Assembly (NCBI RefSeq): GCF_004010195.1
Contig: NC_057759.1
Location: 2,539,679-2,603,678 of the forward strand
DNA length: 64,000 nucleotides
Source: Chiloscyllium plagiosum
Lineage: Eukaryota
Direction: 5' to 3'
Shown here: positions 50,081-62,100 of the stretch, piece after piece
Numbering within the stretch: the stretch's first letter is position 1
How the letters are laid out: every line of letters begins with the position of its first letter
Program-made: the position numbers and the translations under genes
Notes under the pieces: model-generated
Databases searched by the model: none
The model's input: the letters and a program-made list of their open reading frames with translations, nothing else
Told to the model about the DNA's origin: nothing

Positions 50081-50687
50081 TTTTTATCTCGTTGATGTTA
50101 ACCCTACTGAGAATCCTCTTGCAAGGATGCCTGCCTTGAAAAAGTTTTCCTCCTCTCCCTACAAGAATCTCAGGGAGCCCATTTCGCACTGAAACTCCCA
50201 GGTACTCTATGCTACTTTCTCCCCACCCCCACCCTCCTCTCCTTTATCTCTCCACCCTTTAGGCACTCTGCCAGTATTCATGATAGAGGGCGTTTGCCCG
50301 AAACGTCGATTTACCTGCTCCTCGGATGCTGCCTGAACTGTTGTAATTTTCCAACACCACTCTAATCCAGAATCTGGTTTCCAGTATCCGCAGCCCTTGT
50401 TTTTACCTCGTTTATTTTAACCCTACTGCGAATCCTCTAGCAAGGATGACTGCCTTGAAGAAGTTTTCCTCCTCTCTCTACAAGAGTCTCAGGGAGTTCC
50501 TCTCCCTCTGCAACTCCCAGGTAATCTATGCTACATATTCCCCACCCCCACCTTCCTCTCATTTATCTCTCCAACCTTCAGCCACTCTGCCTGTAGTCCT
50601 GATGAAGGGCTTTTGCCCGAAACATCGATTTTCCTGCTCCTCGGATGCTGCCTGAACTGCTATGCTTTTCCAGCACCACTCTAATCC
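50081..50687 (+). mobile_element. Head-to-tail dimer of a 319-bp non-autonomous Penelope-derived unit
   Basis: accctactg at 50101 and 50420, and gcccgaaac at 50296 and 50615. Each unit ends in pLTR sequence. Confidence 0.85.
50594..50630 (+). ncRNA. Minimal type I hammerhead ribozyme motif
   Basis: AGUC-CUGAUGA-A-GGGC(UUUU)GCCC-GAAAC-AUC/GAUU: both core boxes, helix II, and helix I formed by AGUC with GAUU. The sister copy has GAAACGUC/GAUU but a damaged CUGAUGA. Confidence 0.65.
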
Positions 50688-53102
50688 CGACAGGAAGCAC
50701 CACTGTCGCAGCAAACACACGTCTTTTCTGCCTTCAGTAATTACTGAGAAAGCAGGTAAAAACACAGGCGATCCCGGGTCAATTCGTAAGTTGGTTCCCA
50801 AACTAGGTTCGTGACGAAGTTAGGGGTGTGGTGGTGGTGTGGGGCTGTGTGACCAAAGACCATTGACCAATAGGGTACCACATGAAGCAGTACTGGCTCC
50901 CTTATTGTTTGCAGTATCCATAAACAATTTGAATGAGAATGTGTGAGAGATGATAAATTTATTTTGTGGATGAAGAGGAAGGTGTTGCATTAGAGGAGGA
51001 TACAGACAAATTGCTCAAATGGGCAGATCCTGCATTTATCTGAAAAGGGACTCCTTGAACGTTAAACGATTGAACATCGTCAGATGGGCAAATGGTGTTT
51101 AACTTTGATAAAAGGCAGGTGATGTACTTTTGAAGAAGGAATAAGACAAGGGAGTACTCAAGGCAGAACAGTAGGAAGCTCAGAGCGATTTAGCGGTGCT
51201 TATCCACATATATCAGAAACTGGCCATAGAGACTAAACGGGAAGTTAAGAAGGTTAATGGTTCGCTTGAACATAAGTTTAATTCTAATCACTTAAAAGTG
51301 AAAAGCCTGAGGTTTAGAGGAGGATTTGAGGATTGTTTTGTCCAGAGAGATTAAAGTGGTGGGATTACTCTTGTGAAAGTAGTTGTGGCAGGAACCATCG
51401 CAACTTCCAAAAAAAATTTGGATAAGCCATTGATGATGTAGACCAACGTGGAGGGGCCAAATGGCCTAGTTTTCCTATTTCTAATGGGCTTACGAAGTGT
51501 CTGAACTGCTGTAGATTTAAAGTACCTCATGCTGTACAGACTCATTCGGCCGAAGGTCTTCTTCTGTATTGTATGATTCTATGATTTAATGTTCTTTTTT
51601 CTTTGCTCAGACTTGTTTTAGGATCGTGCAATTCAAATCGTTAACCAAGATTCTTTGCAAAATACTATAAACTTTTCCAAATCTGGATGCATCTCAGGTG
51701 TTATGTGATAACTCCAGACCATTGTTCTGGGTCAGCAATATTCACGAACCGATCTTCTTCCAACGAATGAAAGGCAGTGTTTGCCAATTTTGGTCAGAGT
51801 TCTTTAGGTGGTAAACAGTAATCGAGTCGATGTATGGGTTTCAGTGAGACTTTTCATAAGGCGCCACATGACAGACTGACCATAAAAATAAGAGCACACT
51901 GGAATATGAACTGAAGGATCAGTAATTGGCCTCAGGGTGTTGGTCGAGAACTGTCAGTTTTTAGCTTCTCACTTGTGTAGTGAGTAAAGAGCCGAGAAAC
52001 AGGATAAGTGCAACCATACCTTTGTTGGCAGCATGGAACAGGATAAGCCCAATGGCCTCCATCCATGTTGTCAACATTGATGAGTTTAAGTATTGGATGG
52101 TCATTGCTTATGGTTACTAACTATCTTCAGCCAAGCATAGGGGGGTGGAAAATGTATTGGGGCTTTGCCTCAAGTGTGTGGCACAGTATTAAACGTGGAG
52201 CAACAATTGTCCTCAGTATCTTTCAGGGACCTCAACGTGAGATCACACTAAATGTAAAGTAAGTGTGCTCCTTCCTGTCCTGTAAAATAAATGTTTATAA
52301 AATTGTGTAAAAAGTCATTGACTTCCACAAGTCCATTTCTTTCCTTGAGACGAGCTATTGAGCTGTTCTGTAGAAAGTGGCGAATATTTTACATACAAAG
52401 TAGGCAGTAGACTAACATTGTCCTGTTCTCACTGCTGTACAAGGTGAAATTTTTGCATCACTACATCGAATCAGCAGTTTAGATTATGAAACTCACGATG
52501 ATACATGCAATATTGTTATTGGCTGGCTGACTTGTTTGCGTTTTATCGAAAATGTCTGTATCATGATGCATCCCTTTATCCATTCCCCCACAACTTCTTA
52601 CTTACGTAATTGTATAGTGAATGTTCGCAATCTGCTCGGTGTAAGACCGCCAGACTTTGAAATTTAAATTCAACACAAATCTGGAACTGCAATTAAAAAA
52701 ATCGAACCTTTATTCCAGAAACATTACTGACGATCTCTGGTTTAATAGTGCACCGAAAGTATCTCTCGGCCATCAGCTCCCCACACTGTAGATGCACAAT
52801 AAAGAAATGCCAGGCAGCAACACAACTTCATGGTATGGTCTCTAAGAATGAGTTTTAGGAATTGCTGTTTACCTGAAGGTTGTGTTTGTGCAAATTTCCT
52901 TTCCATCCTGACATGAAATATTCAGCTCTCAATAACCATGGTTTACAAATCATGCACTCAATGCGTCATTATGTGTACATCGAGACTACGCAGCAGCTCC
53001 CAGTCACAGGATTTAAGATTTGGGTATCATATAATCACAGAATCATAGAGTGCCGTAGCAACTCCTCTGCACATGAAGTCTGTCCCAGCAAACTAAACGA
53101 AC

Positions 53103-56100
53103 TTTGTATCTGAGAGAGAACAGCAGTGCTTCAGTCGCTGATGGAGATCAGCGGTGTCTTTGCAACTGAGCGAGAACGGCAAGGCCTGTGTATCTGAGGG
53201 AGAACAGCAAGGCCTGACTAACTGAGGAAGAAGAGCAGAGCTTGAGTAGCCTTAGGAGACCTGCAGTGCCAGTGTATGTCAGAGAGAACAGAAGTGCCTT
53301 CGTATCTGAAAGAGAACAATAGTGCCTGGGTAGCTGAGGGAGATCAGCGTTGTCTTTGTAACTGAGCGAGAACAGCAAGGCCTGTGTATCTGAGGGAGAA
53401 CAGCAGTGCCTGACTAACTCAGGGAATACAGCAGTGTTTGAGTAACTGAAGGAGACCTGCAGTGCCAGTGTAAGTGAGAGAGAACAGCAATGCCTTTTTA
53501 TCTGAAAGGGAACAGCAGTGTCTGAGTAGGTGAAGGAGAATAGCAGTGCCTGTGTATCTGAGGGAGAACAGCAGTGCCTGTGTATCTGGGAGGGAACAGA
53601 AGTGCATGTGTATCTATGAGAGAACAGCAATACCTCTGTAGCCGGGAAGGAAAAACAGTGCCTGTGTATCTGAAAGAGAACAGCAGTACCTCTGTAGCAG
53701 GGAGCCAACAGAAGTCCCTGAGTAGCGCAGGGAAAACAGCAGTGCCTGTGCATCTCAGAGAGAACAGCAGGGTCTGTGTTTCTCAGAGAGTACAGCAGTG
53801 TCTTTGTGTCAGAGAGAGAACAGCGGTGTTTTTGTATCTGAGTCAGAACAGCAGTGTCTGAGCATTTGAGAGAGAACAGCAGGGCTTCTTTAGCAAGGAG
53901 ACAACAGTAGTGCCTGTTTATCTTAGAGAGACCAGCAGTGCCTGAGTATCTCAGAGAGAGCAGAAGTGCCTGTGCATCTGAGAGAGAACAGCATGGCCTG
54001 TGTTTCTCAGAGAGAACAGCAGTGTCTTTATATCTGAGAAAGAACAGCGGTATATTTGAATCTGAGAGATAACCGCTGTGTCTGAGAATCTTAGAGAGAA
54101 CAGCAGTGCCTCTGTAGCAGGGACAGAACAGTAATACCTGTGTATCTGAGAGAAAACAGCAGTGTCTGTGTATGTGAGAGAGAACGGCAAGGCCTGCGTA
54201 TCTGAGGGAGAACAGCAAGGCCTGACTAACTGAGGGGGAAGAGCAGTGCTTTAGTAGCCGAAGGAGACCTGCAGTGCCTGTGTATGTGAGAGGGAACAGA
54301 AGTGCCTATGTATCTGAGAGAGAACAGCAGTGCTTGAGTAGCTGAGGGAGATCAGCGTTGTCTTTGTAACTGAGCGATTACAGCAAGGCCTGACTAACTG
54401 AGGGAATACAGCAGAGTGTGGGTAACTGAAGGGGACCTGCAGTGCCAGTGTATGTGAGAGAGAACAGGAGTGCCTTTGGAACTGAGAGGGTACTGCAGAG
54501 CCTGAGTAGGTGAGGGAGAACAGCAGTGCCTGTGTATCTGGTTGGAAACAGAAGTGTGTGTATATCTGTGAGATAACAGCAGTACCTGTGTAGCGGGGAG
54601 GTAACAGCAGTGCCTATGTATCTGAGGGAGAACAGCAGTACCTCTGTAGCAGGCAGCGAACAGAAGTGCCTGAGTAGCGGAGGGAAAGCAGCAGTGCCTG
54701 TGCATCTGAGAGAGAACAGCAATGCCTGCGTTTCTCGGAGAAAACAGCAGTGCCTTTGTGGCTGAGAGAGAACCGCAATGCCTGAGCCTTGGAGAGAGAA
54801 CAGCAGTGCCTGTGTATCTGAGAGAGAACAGCAGGGCCTGTGTATATGAGAGAGAACAGTAGGGCCTGTGTTTTTCAGAGATAAGAGCAGTGTATTTGTA
54901 TCTGAGAGAGAACAGCGGTAGCTTTGTATCTGAGCGAGAACCGCAATGTCTGAGCATCTGAGAGAGAAGACCTGTGCCTCTGTAGCAGGGTGGGAACAGT
55001 AGTGCCTGTGTACCTGAGAGAGAACAGCAGTGCCTATCTGTCTGAGAAAGAACAGCAGTGCCTGTGTATCTGAGGGAGTTCAGCAGTGCCTGCGTATCTG
55101 AGGGAGAACAGCAGTGCCTGTGTATCTGAGAGAGAACAGCAGTGTCTTTGTGTCTGAGAGAGAACAGCAGTGTCTGAGTCGGGGATGGAAACAGCAGTGC
55201 CTCTGCATCTGAGAAAGTGCATCAGAGCCTTTGTATCTGAGAGAGAACAGCAGTGTCTTTGTATCTGAGAGAGAACAGCAGTGCTGTGTATCTGAGAGAG
55301 ACCAGCAGTGCCTGAGTATCTGAGGTGGATTCGCAGTATCGGTGCGTCTGAGAGAGAACAACAGTAGCTGTATACGTGAGAGAGAACAGCAGTGCCTGTA
55401 TATCTGAGAGAGAACAGTTGTGCCTCTGTAGCTGGGAGAGAAAAGTAGTGCCTCTGTAGCAGGAAGACAGCAGCAGTGTCTATGTATCTGAGAGAGAACA
55501 GCAACGTCTGAGCAGCTGAGGGAGATCAGCGGTTTCTTTGTGTCAGAGAGCGAACAGCAGGGCCTATGTATGTGAGGGAGTTCAGCCGTGCCTCGGTCTC
55601 TGATTGAGAACAGAAATGCCTACGTAACTGAGTGACAACAGCAGTGTCTGTGAATCTGAGAGAGAACAACAGTACCTATGTACCTGAGAGTGACCAGCAG
55701 TGCCTCTGTATCTGAGAAAGAGCATCGGAGGCTGTGTATCTGTGAAAGAACAGCAGTGTCTTTGTATCTGAGCGAGAACAGCAGTGCCTGTGTATCTGAA
55801 AGAGCAGAGCCATGACTCTGTAACAGGGAGAGAACAGCAATGTCTATGTATCTGAGAGAGAACATCAGTACCTTTGCAACAGAGTATCAACAACAGTGTC
55901 TTTGTATCTGAGAAAGAACAGTAGTGTCCTTTTAACTGAGAGAGAACAGCAGAATCTTTGTATCTGAGAGGGACCAGCAGTGCCTGTGTATCTGAGAGAG
56001 AAGTGCGGTGACTCTGTAGCAGGGAGAAAACTGCAGTGCCTATGTATCTGAGAGAGAACAGCAGTGTCTGTGTATCTGAGAGAGAACTGCAGTGCCTGTG

Positions 56101-59100
56101 TATCTGAGGGAGTTCAGCAGTGCCTGTGTATCTGAGGGAGTTCAGCAGTGCCTGTTTATCTGAAAGAGAACAGCGGTGTCTTTGTCTCTGAGAGGGGACA
56201 GCAGTGCCTGAGTAGCTGAGGGTGAACATCAGTGCCACTGTATTTGAGAGAGAACAGCAGGGCCTCTGTATCTGAGAGAAGACAGCAGTATCTTTATATC
56301 TGAGAGGGATCAGCAGTGCCATTGCATCTGAAGGGAACAGCAGTGTCTCTCTATCAAAGAAAGAAGAGCAGGGCCAGTCTATCTGAGAGAGAACAGCAGG
56401 GCCTGTGTATGTGAGGGAGTTCGGCAGTGCCTGGGTCTCTGAATGAGAACAGCAGTGCCTATGTAACTGAGTGACAACAGCAGTGTCGGTGTATCTGAGA
56501 GAGAACAGCAGTACCTCTTTAGCTGGGAGTGAACAGCAGTGCCTATGTATCTGTGAAAGTGCATCAGAGCCTGTGTATCTGAGAGAGAACAGCAATGTTT
56601 TTGTATCTGAGAGAGAACAGCAGTGTCTTTGTATCTGAGAGGGAACAGCAGTGCCTGAGTGGCTGAGGGAGAACAGCAGATAACTTTGTACATGATGGAG
56701 AACAGCAGAGCCTCTGTATCAAAGAGAGATGGGCATGGTCTGTGTATCTGAGAGAGAACAGCAGTGCCTCTGGAGCAGGGAGAGAATAACAGCGCCTGTG
56801 TATATGAGAGAGAACAGACGCGGATTTTATCTGAGGGAGAACAGAAATGCCTGTGTATATGTAAGAGACCAGCAGTGCCTCTGTATCAGAGAGAGAACAG
56901 GACCACCTTTGTATCTGATAGAGAATGGCAGTTTCTCTGTTTCAGAAATGGAACAGCAGTACCTGCGCATCTGAGAGAGTACGGCAATGACATTGTATCT
57001 GAGAGGGGAATTCCGTACCTGTGTTGGTGAGAGAGAACAGTACTGCCTTTGTAACCGGGGGAGGAATTCAGTACCTGTATTGCTGAGAGAGAACAGCAAT
57101 GCCGTTATGTCTGAGACAGAACTGCAGTGCCTATGTTCCTGAAAGAGAACAGCAATGCCTCTGTATCAGAGAGAGAACAGCAGTGTCTGTGTGTCTGAGA
57201 GAAAACAGCAATGCCTCTGTTTCGGAGCGAGTACCTTTGTATCTCAGAAAGGACAGCAGTGCCTGTATATCTGGATGAGACAAACAGTCCCTCTGTGAGA
57301 ATGTGAACAGCAGTGCCTCTCTATCCGAGAGCGAACACCAGTGCCAGAGGTTCTGAGAGAAGACCAACAATGCATGGTTATCTGAGAGAAATCAGAAGTG
57401 CCTTTCTATCTGTATCTGAAAGAGAACAGCAGTGCCATCGTATCTGAGAGAGAAGTAACATTGCGTCTGAGAGAGTACTGCAGTACCTATATTTCTAAGA
57501 GAGAAGAGCAATGCCCTTATATCTGAGAGAGAACAGCAGTGCCTATGTATCTGAGACAGAACAGCAAAGCCTGTGGATCTGAGAGGGAACTGCAGTGCCA
57601 TTGTATCTGGGAGAGACCAGTAGTGTCTATGTCTCTGAGAGAGAGCAGCAATGCCCATGTATCAGAGAGAGAACACCAGTTCCTGTTTATCCGGGAATAA
57701 ACAGCAATGCCTCTATATCTGAGCGAGGACTGAATGCCTTTGTATCTGAGGGAGAACAGAAATGCCTGTGCGTCGGAGAGAGAACAGCAATGCCTCTGTA
57801 TTAGAGCGAGAACAGTAGTGCATCTGTATCTGAGACAGAACAACAGTAACATTGTTTCTGAGAAAGGAGAGTGGTACCTGTATTCTAAGAGAGAACAGCT
57901 GTGGCTCTGCATCAGAGAGAGAACAGCAATGCCTCTGCATCAGGCAGAGAGCAGCAGTATCTTTCTATCTGAGTGAGAACAGCTGTAACTCTGGTTCACA
58001 GAGAGAACAGCAGTGCCTGTGTCTCTGAGAGAGGACAGCAGTACTTTGTTTCTGAGAGAGCAGCAGTGCCTTTGAAACTGAGAGAGAGCAGCAGACTCTG
58101 TGTCTGAGAAAGAACAGCAATGCCTCTGTTTTAGAGCAGAACAGAAGTACCTTTGTTTCTCAACGAGGACAGCAGTGCCTGTGTATCTGGAAGTGACCAC
58201 CAGTGCCTCTGTGAGAGGTCGAACACCAGTGCCTGTGTATCTGAGAGTGAACAGCAGTGCCTGTGTACCTGAGAGCGAACAGCAGTGCCTGTATTTGAGA
58301 GCGAACAGCAGTGCCTGAGAATCTGAGAGAAGAATAGCAGTGCCTGTGTTTCTGAGAAAGTACAGTAGTGTCAGTGTCTCTGAGGGAGAGAACAGCAGGG
58401 CCTTTGTATTAGAGAGAGAACAGCAGTGCCTGTGTTCCTGAAAGAGGATAACAATGCCACCGTATCAGAGTGAGAGCAGCAGTGTATGTGTATCTGAGAG
58501 AGAACAGCGAAACATTTGTATATGAGCGAAAACAGCAGTACCCTTATATCTGAGAGGCAATGGTCATGCCTCTGTATCTGAGAGAAAACAGCAATGCTGT
58601 TGTATCTGAGAGAGAACTGCAGTGCCTGTGTTCCTGAAAAAGGACAACAATGCCACTATATCAGAGTGAGAGCAGCAGTGTATGTGTATCTGAGAGAGAA
58701 CAGCACTACATTTGTATTGCAGAGAGGACAGCAGTGCCTGTGTTTCTGAGAAAGTACAGTAGTGCCAGTGTCTCTGAGGGAGACAACAGCAGAGCCTTTT
58801 TTTTTTATCAGAGAAAGAACAACAGTGCCTGTGTTTATGAACGAAAACAGCACTACCCTTCTAGCTGAGAGAAAATGGTAGAACCCGTGTAACTGCGTGA
58901 GAACTGCAGTGCCATTGTATCTGAGAGAGGACAGCAGTACCTGCGTTTCTGAGCAAGACCAACAATGCCTTGGTATCTGAAAGGAAACTGGAGTGCTTTG
59001 TATCTGAGAGAGAACGGCAGTGCCTCTGTTTCAGAGAGAGAAGAGCAGTACCTGTGTAACTGAGAGAGGACAGCAGTACCTGTGATTCTGAGAATGGCAG

Positions 59101-62100
59101 TGCCTTTGGACCTGAGAAAGGATGGCAGTTCCTGTGTATCAGTGAGGGAACAACAATGTCTGCAAATCAGTGAGAGAAAAGCATTGCGTATGTGTCTGAA
59201 AGAGAACAGCAGTGCCTTGTTTCTGAGAGAGAACAGCAGTGCCTCTGAGTCAGTGAGAGAACAGCATTGTGTATTTGTCTGAGAGTAAATAGTAGTGCCT
59301 GTGTATCTGATAGAGAACATTTGAGCCTTGGCATCTGAGAGAGAACCGCAGGTTTTGTGTTTTTGAGAGAGAAAAACAATGACTGTGTATCTGAGAGAGA
59401 ACAGCAGTGCCTGTGTATGTGGAAGAGACCAGCAGTGTCTCTGTATCAGAGAAAGAACAACAGTGCCGGTGTATCTGAGAGAGAACAGCATTGCCTGTGT
59501 ATCTGAGAGACTACAACAGTGCATTGGTATGTGAGTTAGAACAGCAGTGCCCGTGTATCTGGAAGAGACCAGCAACGACTCTGCATCAGAGGACGGAGCG
59601 CAGAGCCTTTGTATCTGACAGACAACAGCAATGTGTCTGCATCCGAAATAGAACAGCAGTGTAAGTGTGTCTCAAAAGGAATAGCAGTGCCAGTGTGTCT
59701 TAGCCCAAAACACCAGTGCGTTTGTGCCTGAGAGAGAACAGCAGTAACATTGCGTCTGAGAGAGGACAGCAGCACCTGTATTTCTAAAAGAGAACAGTAG
59801 TGCCCTTACATCAGAGAGAGAGCAGCAGTGCCTGATTATCAGAGACAGGACAACAATGTCTGTGGATCTGAGAGGGAACTGCAGTGCCACTGCATCTGGG
59901 AGGGACCAGCAGCGACTATGTCTCTGAGAGAGAGCAGCAATGCCTCTGCATAAGAGAGAGAAAAGCAGTTCCTGTTTATCTGGGAAAGGACAGCTTTGCC
60001 TTTGTATCTGAGTGAGGACTGAATGCCTTTGTATCTGCGAGAGAACAGCAATGCCTGTCTGTCGGAGAGAAAACAGCAATTCTCTGTATGTGAGCGAGAA
60101 CAACAGTGCCACTAAAACTGAGACAGAACAGCAATAAGATTGCGTCTGAGAGAGGGCAGCAGTTCCTGTATTTCTAAGAGACAACAGTATCTGTGTATCT
60201 GAGAGATAACAGCAGTGCCTGTGCATTTGAGATAGAACACAAATGCCTCAGCATCAGAAAGAGAACAGCAGATCCTGTATGTCTGAGAGAGAACAGCATT
60301 GTCTTTTTATCTGAGGGAGAACAGCAGTGCCAGTGTGTTTGTAAGAGACCAGCAGTGCCTCTGTATCTGAGAGAGAACAGGAGTGTCTTTGTATCTGAGA
60401 GAGAACGGCAGTGCCTCTGTTTCGGAGAGAGAACAGCAGTACCTGCGTATCTGAGAGAGTACGGCAGTGCCATTGTATCTGCGAGAGGAATTCAATACCT
60501 GTGTTGCTGAGAAAGAACAACAGTGCCTTTATATCTGAGAGAGGAATGCAGTGCCCACATATCTGAGAGAGAACAGCAATGCCGTTGAGTCTGAGAGAGA
60601 ACTGCAGAGCCTATGCACCTGAGAGAGAACAGCAATGCCTCTGCATCAGAGAGAGAACAGCAGTGTTTGTGCATCTAGAAGAGACGATCAGTGCCTCTGT
60701 GAACGAGTGAACAGCAGTGCCTGCGTATCTGGGAGCGAACAGCTGTGCCTAAGCATCTGAGAGAAGAACAAAATTGCCTGTGTATCTGAGAGAGAACAGC
60801 AGTGCCACTGTATCTGATAGAGGACAGCAGTGCCTTTGTATCTGAGAGAGAACAACAGCGCCTGTGTATCAGAGAGAGAACAGCAGTGTTTGTGTATCTA
60901 GAAGAGACCATCAGTGCCTCTGTGAACGAGTGAACAGCAGTGCCTTTGTATCTGAGAGAGAACAGCAGTGCCTGTGTATCTGAGAGAGAACAGCAGTGTA
61001 ATTGTATCTGATAGAGAACAGCAGTGCCATTGTATCTGAGAGAGGACAACAGTGCCTTTGTACCTGAGAGAGAACAGCGGTGTCTGTGTAACTGAGGGAG
61101 AACAGCAGTGCCATTGTATCTGAGACAGGACAGCAGTGCCCATGTACCTGAGAGAGAACAGCAATGCCTCTGTATCGGAGAGAGAACATCAGTGCCTGAG
61201 TACCTGAGAGAGAACAGCACAGCCACTCTTTTTAAGAGAGGACAGTAGTACCTCTGTTTCCTCAAGAGAATAACTGGGCCTCTGTATCAGAGAGAGAACA
61301 GCAGTGACTTTGTACCTGTAAGAGACCAGCAGTGCTCTGTATCAGGAAGAGAACAGGAGTGCCTTTGTGTCTGAGGGAGAACAGCAGTGCCTGTAGATAT
61401 CAGAGAGCACAGATGTGCTTGGGTATCTGAAGGAGAACGTCTGAGCGTTAACATCTGAAAGAGAACAGCAGGTTTTGTTAGTCTGAGAGAGAAAAACACT
61501 GCCTGTGTATGAGATAGACAACAGCAGTGGCTGTGTATTTGAGGGAGATCAGCAGTCATTGTTTATCTGAGAGAGAACAGAGGTGCCTGTGTATCAGGAA
61601 AGGAACCAGAAGTGACTGTGTATCAGAGAGAAACCAGCAGCGCCTTTGTGTCTGAGGCAGAAAAGCAGTGCGTGTCTATCAGAGGGAGAACAGCAGTGTC
61701 TGTGCATCTGACAGAGAACAGCAGTGCCTGTGTATGTGAGCGAGAATAGCAATGCCTGTGCATCGGAGAGAGAACAGGGATGCCTCTCTATCGGATATAA
61801 AACAGTAGTGCCTGAATATATGAAGCAGAATTGCAGTCCCAGTATATCAGAGACAGAATAGCAGTGCCTGTGTATCTGAGAGGGAACAACAGTCATTGTT
61901 TATCTCTTGGGGAACAGCAATGTCTGTGTACCTGAGAAAGAACAGCAATGTCTGTGCATCTGGAAGAGAACAGCACTGCCTGTGTATCTGAGAGAGAACA
62001 GCAGTGCCTCTGTATCGGAGATAACTCAGCAGTGCCTGTGTGTCTGTGACAGAATAGTAATGTCTGTGCATCTGAGGGAGAACAGCAGTGCCTTTTATCT

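Noticed and set aside
52350..52446. Plus-strand KVGSRLTLSCS resembling an Ig B strand
   Set aside because: A stop follows within a few codons, with no Trp or Y-x-C motif and no convincing exon boundaries.
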